DNA of 64,000 nucleotides from the NCBI RefSeq assembly GCF_026210795.1, contig NC_089434.1, positions 2,294,001 through 2,358,000 of the forward strand. The letters are read 5' to 3'. Each line of letters opens with the position of its first letter. Position 1 is the stretch's first letter. The DNA is from Rhizophagus irregularis (lineage: Eukaryota). The position numbers and the translations under genes were made by a program. The notes under the pieces are model-generated. The model was not told the DNA's origin. It did no database searches and worked only from the letters and a program-made list of their open reading frames with translations. Positions 13,300 to 26,477 of the stretch are shown here, piece by piece.

Positions 13300-16238
13300 A
13301 TGGAGGTTAAACAAGAAATAAATATAGCAAGACCACCACAATCACTTTCAGAAACACAAATAAATTTCAATTTTCAACACATGCAAACTACACAACCCGT
13401 TTCTAATTTTAATAAGATAGACAGACACTATACACCACAGCTAAAATTTACCAACTTTGCAGCCCAACCATCCATTGTAACAAAATATGTCACCTCCAAA
13501 TTTTTAAGACACGAGATTTCTTACTTCACTCGCGATGAAGCAAAAAAAGATTTGGCTGGTAAACAAAAGGAAAGTGAAGAGGAAGACGTTTATGAAGACG
13601 AAGAGGAAGAGGAAACAACTAGCGAAGAAGAACTCGAGGTATTTTATTTTAATTTTTTTAAAAAAAGATAATTTATTTACCCAAATTAATCTCTCCGTAG
13701 TCAAATGTCGAAGGATCGAAAGTATTGGTGATACATCCAGGATCAAGGTATCTAAGGATCGGTCGCGCTTCTGAAGCATTTCCTAGCGTTGTACCACATT
13801 TAATTGCACGGAGAATGAGAAATAAAAAGGAAGATGAAGCACGGCAAGATGAGAGTAAAAAAGAGATTAAGGTCGAGCGAGAAACTGAAGATATTTATCC
13901 TGTTAATAACAATGAAATCAAAAAGGAAAATGAAAGTGAAGAAATTAAAGAAATGAGGCTAGACGAAGAGGATGCTAAAGAAGCTGAAACTTGTTCAAAT
14001 TCGGCGGGCTCTTCAATCGTGACTGAAGAGGAAGACGAAGATGAGGTTAGAATTTTAACTCTTATTATATATTATGTCAATTATTCTTAATCTTGTACAA
14101 TAAATAGGAATATTTTAAACATGCTGTTGGTGAAATAAAAAAAGAATTAAAAGAAAGGATGAAGGCTTCGAAACGAAGGCCTGTTGCTAATGCACAATCA
14201 CAAGTTCATTCGTTTAATAAATCTGCCCATCCAGAGACGATCGCGGATCATAACGACCCTTATAGAATCGATTGGACTGTAGTAGATGATGATGCTGAGT
14301 ATTATGTAGGAGAAAAGGTAAGTTTAAGATATGAAGATTCTTATCCTTTATATCAATTTATCATTGCCAGGATTTTTATAAAGTCTTTTAACATTACAGG
14401 CACTTCGACTTCCTGATTCAGATTCAGCAGATTCTTTTAAATTGTTTTATCCGATACAGCACGGTGAATTTAATACCAGTGATTATGATTCCATTAAAGC
14501 TATAATCGGAGATCTAGAAACAATTTGGACCGAGTCGATTCGAGAAAAACTTGGAATTTCTCGGAAAAATTTCAGGGTATTTAAATTATTACCAATGAAG
14601 CTCACTTTTTATATTTTTACTTATCACTTCTTTTATTTTTAGAATTATTCCGTAATTCTTGTAATTCCTGATGTGTATAATCGACTATATGTGTTGGAAA
14701 TGATCACAATGTTACTACGATACATGGAATTCCGTCGCGTTTTTATAGCGCAGGAATCAGTATGTGTCAGTTTTGGAGCCGGCATGTCGGTAGCATGCAT
14801 TGTTGATATTGGAGCTCAAACTTCCACTGTTACGTGTGTTGAAGATGGGATGTGTATTCCTGACTCTAGGTTGCAACCTTAATAAATTTCAATTTGAGGA
14901 TGTATTTTTCATTAATTAATTAAATTTGATGATGTTCATGTTTATTTATAGGGTATATCTTCATTATGGAGGCGATGATATCACGTATTTCTTCATTAAA
15001 CTCTTAAGAAGAAGCAAGTTCCCATATTCTGAAATGGATTTAACTCGTGTATATGATTGGTTGTTGGCTGAAGAAATGAAAGAGAAATTTTGTACTTTGG
15101 ATGAAGTATGTTTTTTACTTTTGCATTTCTTAGCATGTATGAACTTATTTAAATATTTAAACATTTTCAAAACGAAGGCCAATCTCACAATTCAATTAAA
15201 CGAGTTTTACGTGAGAGCACCTAATAAACCCACATTGAAGTATCAAATTAAGACGTATGATGATGCGATTATCGCGCCAATGGTGAGAATCGTTTAGCAA
15301 TATATGATTAAATCCTTCTATTATTAAATATAATTATTGACCTAGTTTGATGTTTTATTAGCTGCTATTTTACCCTCACATAATCAATTTTAACAAGAAA
15401 CGAGCCGAATTTCCCCAAAAATTTACATCTTACACGATTGACGATATTACAGAAGGAGCTATTACAAATAACGGAGTAAGGATGACAATAGACTGAAAGT
15501 TTCTTTTTTCTGATCACAAATCGCAAATATGATAATAATATTTTTATAGGTTCAACCAGGATTGGTTATGCAAAAACCAAAACTTTCTGTCGCAACACAA
15601 GCAGCAACGCAAATTCGAACTTCTTTTCCTTCCCCATCACCTCAACCACGAGATAGTCCAGGATCAACTACACCTCTTAGAATAGATAACAACACAGTCC
15701 CTGCACCTTCGCCTATACCTGCATCTGTGTTGCCTACAACCCAGCCCGCATCTCCATCAATATCATCAAATACAGTTGCACGTACTCAAAATGCTCCTCT
15801 TGTAGATTCTCTGTCTACACTACCACTTGATGATGCCATAATCCAGAGCATTAATACTGCGGCAACTGAAGAAAGAGCTAAAAAATTTTATTCAAGTATA
15901 CTTGTGGTTGGCGGAGGTGGACTTATTCCAGGAGTGAATAAAATGTTGGAAGAAAGGTATGATTTTTTTTTCTTTATATAAAATAAGAGGATATATTAAT
16001 ACCTAATAATATACTTTTCATTAATCATTACGTCAGATTGTCATCCCGACAAATACAAAATGCGGATAAACTTGAAGTCCTAACATCATCTAGAGATTTA
16101 GATCCAAGGTTATTAGTATGGAAAGGTGGATCTGTAATGAGCAAATTGGAGATTTTAAATGAATCATGGATTAATTCGAGAGAATGGGAAGAGTTGGGAG
16201 TTAGATGCTTAAGAGAAAAAGCATTTTTTATTTGGTAA
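13300..16238 (+). CDS. ARP8: Actin-related protein 8 (INO80 complex), multi-exon
   Basis: VIHPGSRYLRIGRASEAFP..VPHLIARR, CIVDIGAQTSTVTCVEDG, YGGDDIT..F..LL, SILVVGGG and DPRLLVWKGGSV..W.E.G.R.LREKAFFIW; GT-AG introns between the ORF fragments. Confidence 0.92.
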
Positions 16239-17078
16239 ATCTATTTTTGTAATTATTTATAGAAACTTTGAATTGCTTTTTTATTTTTTATTTTTTTTTT
16301 TAAAAAAAAATATAATATAAATAATATAAATAAAATGAAAATTTTTTGTTGACCTTTTTTAAAATATAAATTTAAGCTATATATATGCAATAATTAAAAT
16401 ATATAAATTCTTTAATTTTGCTGCCGGGAACTACTTGCTGTGTTCATGTGCATACGTACAGGACATCCTACCAGAGTTTAGGAGTTATGCACTTACACGT
16501 GATAGCATTAAACTTAACTCCGGCCGGTGCGTACGTTAATATCGTACACATGCTGCGTAAGTAGAAGATCGTGGTTCTACACCCCAAAAAGACGGACCAG
16601 TCTGTCTCGCGTATAATACAGAACCTCTATACTCAACTACTTATGTATAGTAACAATTGATTGATTATAAATTCCTAAAAAAAAATTTTTCTATATTAAA
16701 GTAAAAAATTTAACCAATAATTTTTATAGATATGACCATTAGCTTTAAAAATTATCGGTTATTTTTTTCTAAATTAAATTTTGGCTGAGTTTTAGCTATT
16801 TAAAAATCTGTAATTTAAATATATTGATTAAATTTAGTCAAAATTGAAACTAGTCTAAATTTTTGTATTAAAGATTTTTTTTAGCCACATTTAATGTAAA
16901 AAGTTCTAATGAATAAAGTTGTTTAAATATAGGTCAATTTAATGTTATACATCCATCTGCCAAAAGTATCCAGACACTTCTAAAAAATAATCATTAAATC
17001 ACATTATTTTGACATCCAGTGATCAGAATTTAATGATTTATGATTCATTGGATTCATCTAATTGTAGCACATCTAACC

Positions 17079-17304
17079 AGGACTTTGCTTACTTATAAGA
17101 TAGATCACCCCCAGGCCTAAGGTAAAAATCATATATAAAATTCTTTGCAAATCCTACTATAAAAGGAAATTTTATGTTACATTGTTATGATTTTTTTCCT
17201 TTTTAGCTAATTAACCAATAGAATTTAAGAAAAAAGTAAGGTAAAAACTATTAGTAAAGGGCTAATTTTCTACAGTGACCTTTATTATAAGTAAGCGGAT
17301 CCTA
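17079..17304. mobile_element. Small MITE
   Basis: Imperfect TIRs CAGGACTTTGCTTACTTATAA / TTATAAGTAAGCGGATCCT; ATCTAAC on both flanks. Confidence 0.55.
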
Positions 17305-17339
17305 TCTAACTGCAGTATTTTCAAGTCTGTAAGTTCAAT

Positions 17340-17900
17340 TAGTGCTCCGAACAGATCAGGTCAGATCAGGTCAACCGATTAACCTGACCTGATTTTTTTT
17401 TCAGGTCGAATCAAGTCAGGTATAATCAGGTAAACGGGTATAAACTAATCTGACCTGTAATCTGAAAATATTCAGGTTTATATTCAAGTATCAAATAGAC
17501 AATTTCGATTTGCAACATTGGCGCAATTCTGCATTCCTGCAAGCCGTTTATGACTAAATAATATAATTATATTATTTAGTCATAAACGACTTAGAATAGG
17601 TTATTTAGTAATAAAATAATCTAGATATGATTAAATAATCTAAATATAACTAAATAATCTAAATATAACTAAATAATCTAAATATAACTAAATAATCTAA
17701 AGTTAATAATCTAATTATGGTTAAATAATCTAATTAAATAACCTAATTGTGATAATTTTTTATATCTACCTATTTTTCTTATTATATTTCTTGCCTTTGA
17801 AATCGAATTTCTTTTTCCATTTCCTATTTATCATTTGTGGTCATGTGATTAAATAATCTAATTATGACCATGATTAAATAACCTGAATACGCCTATTTTT
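17340..17900. mobile_element. Truncated hAT-like MITE end with ACCTGA subterminal repeats and a 17-bp minisatellite
   Basis: Starts TAGTGCTCCGAACAG; many TCAGGT/ACCTGA motifs; CTAAATAATCTAAATATAA tandem at ~17615-17740. No matching right end with TSD found. Confidence 0.45.
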
Positions 17901-18146
17901 ATTAGTGTTTGCGGTATTATAAATACTTTTTGATATAATTTACGTTGATTATGTTCTACAGCCTTTTCATTACCAATTTGATACCTTCCTGTTTATACTT
18001 ATCTCTACCTGATTGGGGGCCGGCTTTTATATTGGAAATGTTAGCCTTCTGTGTCAATTTGGATGCTGGTTCTATGATAAGAATGTAGCCTATTTGGTTT
18101 GCCTCTCTAGATGTCAAAATATGGTAAAAAAATATCGCGTTGGGTG

Positions 18147-19056
18147 TAGGGATGGTAAAGTCCTAGGTCCTGGACCTAAAGACCTGGTCCTAGGACCTGG
18201 TCTGCAGATCTTTAGGTCCAAATTTTGGACCAGAAGCGGACTAGGTCCTAAAAAGTCCTAGCCAATAAGGTTATAAGAGATCTATATGTTTAAATTATAT
18301 ACACACGTCAAATGATCAAAAATAGGCAAAAAAAATGGCGCAAATCGCATAAACTATTCGCAAATTTGTATAAACTATTTACAAATAGTATAGGTTAATT
18401 CGTAAATTGCCAAAAACAGCCAAGAATAGCCAAGAATAGCCACTGCTTTTCGCGCCATTTTTTTTGCCGATTTTTAGCATTTCGACCTGTGATATGTATA
18501 ATTTGCTGTAAATTTGATTTTAAGTAATTATAAATTATAAAAAAGTGCACTGCAATATTGCAATACAATTTTTATATTATTAAAATCATATAAAAAATGA
18601 GTTGCGATATTGCGATTCACATTTTTATATTAAAATCAATATAAAAAAGTGAATCGCGATAACACAACTCACTTTTTTTATATAAAATCAATATAAAAAA
18701 GTGAATCGCGATACCGCAACTCACTTTTTTTATATAAAATCAATATAAAAAAGTGAATCGCGATACCGCAACTCACTTTTTTTATATAAAATCAATATAA
18801 AAAAGTGAATCCCGATACCGCAACTCACTTTTTTTATATAAAATCAATATAAAAAAGTGAATCCCGATATCGCAACTCACTTTTTTTATATTTAATTATT
18901 ACTAAAATTCATAAAATCTATAAATAACTTAGTCAGGACCAGGTCCTGGGACCAGGTCCAGGACTGGTCCTAATAGGACCTGGTCCGCAGGTCCGTTCAA
19001 TAGGACTTATAGGTCCCAGAACCAGGACCGGACCAGGACCGACCTAACCATCCCTA
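18147..19056. mobile_element. hAT (Ac-like) MITE with internal ~52-bp tandem array
   Basis: TIR TAGGGATGGT / ACCATCCCTA; exact 8-bp TSD GTTGGGTG (18139-18146, 19057-19064); GGACC/GGTCC subterminal repeats; tandem AAAATCAATATAAAAAAGTGAATCGCGATACCGCAACTCACTTTTTT at ~18540-18890. Confidence 0.9.
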
Positions 19057-19639
19057 GTTGGGTGGCGCAGTAGATTTGTGATTAATTTCGGCTGACACTA
19101 TGGCATAATTCAGGCTGATCTTTTGGGTACGTGATTTGAGGGTCCAACTCAGTGCCATGGTAGCGACCTGGCAGTGCCTTGGGACTTTCCTGGAACTTTT
19201 ATCGAACTGGCAGGGTACTGGAGTGTTTCTATTAATTTGCCAGTTTCAGTACCAGCTTTGGATGCCGAAATATTATGCCCAAAGATCTGGCCAAAATTGT
19301 GAAATAGTGTTGACTGAATTTATACTGCACCTTACTGCATCATGGTCATATGATCCTATTCTGGCACTGAACACCCTTTGCCATATAATATAGCAAATTC
19401 GGTTAATTCTATTAGTTCACCAGTTCAGAAGTATGATATGCATTATTATGGCCAGCCCATTTGATTACCAAAAAGTGCGCCATCCTACAATCTAACTATT
19501 GACTATTTATTGCTGGTATATGTATGCCAATTTCGTATCCCAATATTTGAATCATTAGAACGCATTTATATTATATTTTACCATATTTTCAGGCATATTA
19601 GGATATAAATGAAAAAATCGAAATTTTTCTGTAGAGTGT

Positions 19640-20140
19640 AGACGCTATGAACATTTTTCTGTGAACACTATGGACGCTTCTATGGACAACCATGGTATTA
19701 TTTTTAGGGTTTTTAAGTTTATTGCTTATTTTCTTTTATATTTGTCCCTAGTGTCTATAGTGTCCCTAGTAAAAGTAAAGTTGTAGGAAAATTTTTGAAA
19801 CTTTTCCTATGCTATATATGTTCCATTATATGCGATTATTTTTTATGCGATATGGGTGGTATATGTGTAATATATGCTATGCTAAAAAATAAAAAAAAAA
19901 GTTAAGAGATCCGATTTTTTCTATGGTCACTATGGTCAATATGGTCACCCATCTGTAAAGCCTTTTAGAGATCTAAAAGCATCAAAAACCCTACTTCCGA
20001 CATCCACAGAAGCGTCCATAGTCTGATTTTTTCTATGGTCGCTATGGTCACCCATCTGGACGGCTTTCCAGGAATCTAAACTGCCCAAAATCTACTTCGA
20101 CGTCCATAAGCGTTTATAGTCCAATTTTTTCTACGACAAC
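19640..20140. repeat. Iteron-like direct and inverted repeats upstream of the primase-helicase gene
   Basis: Many CTATGG(A/T)C / GTCCATAG motifs. Inverted pair at 19668-19687 and 20003-20021, an imperfect ~110-bp direct duplication (19912 vs 20024), and an A-rich tract at ~19883-19900. Confidence 0.65.
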
Positions 20141-20564
20141 TTTCTAAGACCAGTTCTGTATCGTATCAAACCTTTTAATTTTATCGAGATTTCCTCTCAT
20201 CGCCTCTGGAGCTTTGCCCGCTCTGAAACATCTTATTTAACTTTTTCTGGTGATAATATGCATTTGAATGGCACTTATTTACATGCCAATTACAATATCC
20301 ATATTTTGATGCTATCGGTCTTACACACCCATCTTGTTTGCACGGATGTCGCTGACGTCTTTTCCAGTGAATATGACACCCTTGTGGTCAGTCTGCAAGA
20401 TTTCCACAAACCATCCCTTCATTGGAAGGATATTGGCAAATGTATTCACCTCCCATTATTCTCAGATAGCTTTTTGATGACTATAATAAATAATTATTTT
20501 CATTTTAAACTTTTTTACTATAGTAATATACTAAAGGGTATACTTAGATATCATATCCCAAAAA

Positions 20565-23500
20565 ATGACCAAATCTGACTTCTTCGAAGACGCGCCCTCC
20601 GTCCCGTACTATTATGGGTTTAAAGTCTCCAACATAGGACAATACTTTTACAAAATTCGTGATGATAGTATCAGGCCAAAAGAATTTCTTGGTGCAGACA
20701 ATGAGGATGAAATAGAAGCCATACTCTCAGATCGTGAAGGTCATTCTTTACATGAATTCATTGATGGTGATGAGCCACTCCGGCCTATTATAGATTTTGA
20801 TTTGCCAGTAGAAACATTAAATGCTATTACTCCCAAGCTTTCAGGTGGTTAGGCAAAAAATATACTTTGTCGTAGCTTTAGAGATTAGAGATACTTGCCT
20901 AGAAATATTCCCAAAATGGGATAAAAATACTATGTCTATTGCTGATAGTAATGATGAGAAAAAAATATCTCTACATGTCTTAACTTCTGGCATGAGACTC
21001 CCAAATATCGCTCAGGTCACAATGTTCACTGAGCTTGTCTGTAAGAAACTTCCAGAAGGGTTGCAAGGAAAAGGTATTATCGATAATATAGCAAACAAAT
21101 GATCATTCTCCTTACGAATGATTGAAACACCTAAGTTTGATGAAAAGACTGGAAAACACATTTGTGTGAAAAAAACTATTCTCCCAAAGATGGAACAATC
21201 TTCGACTTCATGCTTCGTCCACCCAATGATGAATCAGAAGTCATAGAAAGTCCTCTCTTAGTCATTCCGGAGTCAGAAAGTATAAGTCATAGTAGTATGG
21301 GCATTGATGTAACAGAAGTCGAATTAGAATTAGTTGGGAAATTGCTCCAAGAGACCAGCATAGAAGGATTTAACCTCTCGTTCCCATCTTAACAATCTCC
21401 TGATATCTTTCCTCTTAAATGCATGGCCCAATCATATTGTTCATTATGTGACCAAGAACATACCAACGAAAATGCATATATTATACGAAATAAAAAATCA
21501 TATAGTTTTCATTACTATCGAGTAGACCAGGAAAAGCCACCTGGGTCAAGAAAGCCTTCAATAAAACTTACTCCTAGTGAGACAGCTTTGAGCTGAGAAA
21601 AGAACCTTCCGGCTCCAGTAAAATTAGAACAATCTAGAATTTCAAACCCAAAAGACCATTTTGTATGGTGGAATTTAATACGTATGTGTACTTTAAGTAA
21701 GAAATTCTCCTGCGCTGAAGTTTATGAAGCAATCCAATCAACCATTGCTTATATTCAAAAGAAAATACCAATCTGAATATTAAAACATAAGGATCCAGAA
21801 AATGGGCTTTACTTCAATATGGGAGCTGAGCTAAAGCTTGCCAAGTTTGAGATTAAAATAATCAAATATAGGGGTGAATCGGTAAAGTTAAAATCGTTAA
21901 TAGACCAGGCAGTTATTAAAGGTCTAATCGTTTACGAAGATTATTACTTCCTCCCATATCCCATAAGCATTCTTCAACCAGATTCAGATTTCTTTAACCT
22001 TTTCCTAGAATTTTTAGCTAAGCCGGGGACTCGAGCCGAGCTACAGTCTGGCTTGGCTCGGCTTGAAGATTTGCGCCAAGCCAAGCCTGAAATGAGCCAA
22101 GCCACAAAAAATCTTGGCTCAGCTCAATTCGAGCCAAGCTGAGCCATGAAAATCCTGGTTTGAGCCAAGCTGGGCTCGAGCTGGCTCGAGTTTTATCATA
22201 AAAATGTTTTCGCAACGTTTTTACTTTAAATTATTAAAAAAAGCGTTGCAAAACGTTTTTTACTTTTATATTTATATAAAACGCCGAAACTATTTGTTTC
22301 AGCATTTTTCCTTTTGATTTTACATGTAAAAACGCCGAAACTGATAGTTTCATCGTTTTTTTTCGATTTTACATGTAAAAGCGCCAGAATAATTAGTTCT
22401 GGCGTATTTCCTTTTGATTTTACATGTAAAAACGCTGAAACTGATAGTTTTGGCGGTTTTCTTTTGATTTTACATGTAAAACCGCCGAAACTGATAGTTT
22501 TGGCGGTTTTCTTTTGATTTTACATGTAAAAATGCCGAAACTGATAGTTTTGGCGTATTTCTTTTAATTTTACATGTAAAAATGCCGAAACAGATAGTTT
22601 TGGTATTTTTATTCAATTGTACATGTAAAAACGCCAGAATAATTAGTTCTGGCATTTTTCTTTTTGATTTTACATGTAAAAATGCCAGAATTATCAGTTC
22701 CGGCAGTTTCTTTTTGATTTTACATGTAAAAATGCCAAAACTATTAGTTCCGGTGTTTTTTTTCAATTTTACATGTAAAAACGCCAGAATCATTAGTTCC
22801 AGCATTTTTTTTTCAATTTTACATATAAAAACGCCGAAACTATTAATTCCGGCGTTTTTTTTTCAATTTTACATGTAAAAACGCCAGAATCATTAGTTCC
22901 GGCATTTTTTTTTCAATTTTACATGTAAAAACTTAAATAAACATTTTCGCAACGTTCTTTAATAAACAATGAAAAAAAGTTGCGAAAACGTTTCGTTTAT
23001 GCATGCATTATTATATAAAAACGTTTCGCAATGTTTTTTGTATAATAGCTCGTTTGGCTCGTGAGCCAGCTCAAGCTTTTTGAGCCAAGTCTGTTACAGG
23101 CTCGAGCTTTTTGAGCTGAGCCTAATAACTGGCTCGAGCTCTTCTAAACTGGCTCGTGGGCCACCAAGCCAATTTAATCATGGCTTAGCTTGGCTCAGCT
23201 TGAAAAGCTTGAGCCAGCTCATAAGCCAGCTTGGCTCGTGTAAAGCACTACCAGTGATAAAGGTTAATAAAGAAATTATGGATCTGATTCTCTGACATGT
23301 AAAGAATATAATTTGCAATGGAGATGAAAAACTCAATGAATATATCTGGAACTGGTGGGCATATTTAGTTCAAAAGCCAGAAAAGAAGCCTCGAACAATC
23401 TTAGTACTAAAATCCACTTTACAACAGTATGGGAAAAATATTATCACTGATTTTATTGGTGATAAAGTTCTAGGAGAGCATCTTCACTATGCAGGATCGG

Positions 23501-24969
23501 ATTTGGAAAAAATGCTTAGGCGCTTTAATAGCGTCATCCAAGCTCGAAAACTTATTGTTATGAATGAGACTGGGATGTCTAGTGGAGAATGGCATAGATT
23601 TAATGGGCATCTTAAATCTCTTATAACAGAAGGGAAGGTATCCATAGAACGCAAAGGTCTCGAAACTAAGAGATTAAAAGATTTTGCTGGATATATGATT
23701 ACAAGCAATCAGGATGCACCAATTAAGATAGATATAGGAGATTCTTGCGTAGTCTGTTTTGAAGTCTCAGCATGCTGTAGGAGTAATATACCGTATTTTG
23801 ACCAGCTAGGAGAAATTCTAGATCATCCTGATGCACCAGGTATGGTTATGACATACTTTCTTAATCTTGATTTATCAAAATTTAGTCTGGAAAAAATTCC
23901 TAATACTAAAATGAAAGTAGAAACAATGCGCAATCATCTCCCTAATCCTATTCGGTTTATAATAAATTATATTTCATTATAGGATGTGAATAAAATAGCT
24001 AAGCTAAGCAGTACATCTCTATATCAACATTATCTTGAATGGTGTGAAGAGAATGGAGAAAAGCCATTAACTAACAATATTCTCGGCCAGAAGTTTGCAC
24101 AAATCAGCATTGATAAAGTGCGTTCACGAGATAATGGAGTAAGAGTAAATCAGTATATTCTTGGCCGCTCCAAGATTGTAGCTAAGCTTCGTAAATCTGG
24201 CCTAGGCGATATGGAAGAATTTTCTGATATATCTCAAGATGACTTACCCGAAAATGAGACAGCAGACATACCCATATTCAATGTGCCAGAAATTATTCCC
24301 CCAAAAATAATCCCGACTCTTCTAGAAAAGAATACGCCTCCACTTAATACTAGTAAAGATAAGAAGGCGGATAAGAAGAGCGATGTGACTCAAGACCTTT
24401 TCGACTACGTAACAGAACAAACTGAAGCTCCGGTCGCCTCAACAGATCTTGAAGGGACCACATCTGGCACATCTGAGACTTCTAAAACGCCTGAGTCACC
24501 AATCAATAAGCCCAAAGTCGGTAAGCCTCCTGAATCTAACGAGTCTAGCAACGAAGTGGTGAATTTATCTCCTAAAGAAACAAATGTTAAGCATGATTCT
24601 CCAAAGCCTAATGAAGTATCGTCTGCTATACTCCTGGCTAGACAACAGCGTGAAGAGCGCCTCAGAAAAAAGGCAGTCGAACTCGGTGAGAATCCAGATG
24701 CCTTTGTGACCATCACCGAAAAAGACCGATTCGATTCCATTACATTCCGTGATAGAATGGTAACTGATTCACGAATGTGTGCTTGGGCTATAGAGCTAGA
24801 GGATAATTCCAAAGAACATATGGACATGACAATACGAGAAAGATTAATAGGAGAAGAAATAATCTGTTGTTCTCTCGAGGAAGATGAGATCATATCCTCA
24901 TGGCTCGATACCGATAAGAAATGGAAAAAAACAGTAAGCATACTCCAGAAGAATGGTATGCTTTGGTAA
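20565..24969 (+). pseudogene. AEP primase-Zn ribbon-SF3 (D5-like) helicase fusion, disrupted
   Basis: HEFIDGDEPLRPIIDFD (AEP motif I), KISLHV (motif II), IIDN..SFSLRM (motif III), CSLCDQEHTNEN (Zn ribbon), LVLKSTLQQYGKN (Walker A), KLIVMNE (Walker B), YMITSN (motif C), LYQHYLEWCEENGEKP (D5 C-terminal wHTH-like). No introns seen. Several stops and frameshifts plus the insertion at 22027-23250. Confidence 0.85.
22027..23250. mobile_element. hAT-like MITE inserted in the primase-helicase gene, with ~50-bp tandem array
   Basis: GAGCC/GGCTC subterminal repeats on both sides; right end ...GTAAAGCACTA, left TIR eroded. About 13 units TTTTACATGTAAAA-CGCC(G)AAACT..AGTTT(C)GGCG at 22270-22930. Reading frame FLAKP|VIKVNKE rejoins across it. 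Confidence 0.8.
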
Positions 24970-25315
24970 AGAGCGAATAAAAAGCCGGCCCTCTCGTTCA
25001 AGAACTTCGAGGTGGATATCTTCAAATCTTTTTTCTCATCCCACAGGTCGATAGATCAAGGGGAATTCTAAATTATTATTATTATTTTTTCGCTTATCCT
25101 ATCAACCTGCAATTTTAAAATCGATGTAAATCTATCCCAGGCCAAGCAGGTAGCCTTAAAGAGATCTCTGCGTAAGTTATATATTTTTTTCCCTTTCTCT
25201 AATCCCCGATATCTTTCACCGACTATGAGATAGTGAAATGTCGGAATATTTTTTTCGAATTGAACTTTTTTCTGCATAGTATAACCAAACAATCTACATA
25301 TTACCAAATAGTATC

Positions 25316-26477
25316 ATGGCTGGCATCGCTACTAAGTATGTAACAGAAAATGGGCTTAATAACGAAATAAGTATCGAAGAGCTCATTCAACATGCGCCAG
25401 AATTTAACATCCTTTTGACGGATAAAGTTAAGAGAAATCAGGCACGTCGATGTCTTCAAAAAGGATACAACTTTAGCAAAGAGTAGATATTTGCATTGAT
25501 TCTTAAGCTGATGGCTGGTCGAAAAAAAGGTGAAGCTATATCCCATAATACTCCAGATACTCCCAATGTTCTCCAAGAAGTAGAACCGGTGGAGGGAGGC
25601 ACGGTAAATGTGTGCCAAATTTCGCAAAAAGAGACTATTAGAGATTTGGCCCAGCGTATCATTCGGGATAATCTTGGTGAAGCAGAAGTAAAAGTTATAG
25701 CTAAAGCCTTAGCTGAATCTGCCTCTAATGCTAGCACTGGTTTATCCCGAATTTCTAGGCTTCGAAGAGAGTTGCGAAATCTCAAAGTCTCAGAAAAAAT
25801 TATTTCGGCTACATTGATTCCAGACATAAATCGCTTAGCTAATAAAATTCAAAAGGAAAAAGGTTTGCTATGTGAAAATGAAGGCATTGATTACCCAGAT
25901 TACTTTGCGTTAGAATCAGTTAAGAAAAGATTGGATGTGTATGATGTATCCAAAGTTCCTGGCTTGCAAACCCTTGCCGATATATAAATAATAATGCTCT
26001 GCATCCGTCTTGCTGAAATAAAAACCCTGCGTATATCTAATGGAGGTGTAACTGGATATGCAAAAAACCGGGAACAACAAGACATTTCTCGAGTATTTAG
26101 ATTACTAGAAAAGAACGAGGAGCGGGCTAGTCAATTGCTTATGTGGATTCAGGAAGCAATTTCTTCCAGACACTTACGAGACCCTGGAAATCCTGGAGTG
26201 TTATGGTTTAATACATTTCTGAAAAAAGATGAGTTCCTTCCTGAAACTGGCAAACCACTACTTCCTAGTTCTTTGCGCAAATTAAGGGCGGTATTTGCAG
26301 TCGTTTCGAATTGTGCGAAGAATTTATCAGAGGCTATGACTATTGCCAGTGAAGCACTTCGCTACAGTCCTGACAACCATGCCTCTCCTGCAAAAAACTA
26401 TACTATAGTAAATTATCGCAAAAGAGGACAACCTCACTGATCAGGCAAAGGCAATCAAGATTTTTGATGAAAACTAA
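25316..26477 (+). pseudogene. Tyrosine recombinase / telomere-resolvase (protelomerase)-like protein, disrupted
   Basis: Catalytic-type residues in the right order: MLCIRLAEI (R), GYAKNR (K), PSSLRKL (HxxR position), EALRYSPD (LRH position, here Y), PAKNY (Y). Helical N-terminus SRISRLRRELR. In-frame stops at ~25484 and 25985 and a frameshift near 26438. Family call is by motif only. Confidence 0.6.

Noticed and set aside
22270..22930. CRISPR-like array of palindromic repeats
   Set aside because: Units are contiguous degenerate copies with no unique spacers, no cas genes, and they lie inside a MITE. The same applies to 18540-18890 and 55540-55780. ORFs over them are spurious.
24405..25827. 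Minus-strand ORFs (206, 79, 108, 123 aa)
   Set aside because: Mostly antisense shadows of the helicase tail and YR gene, with no recognisable motifs.
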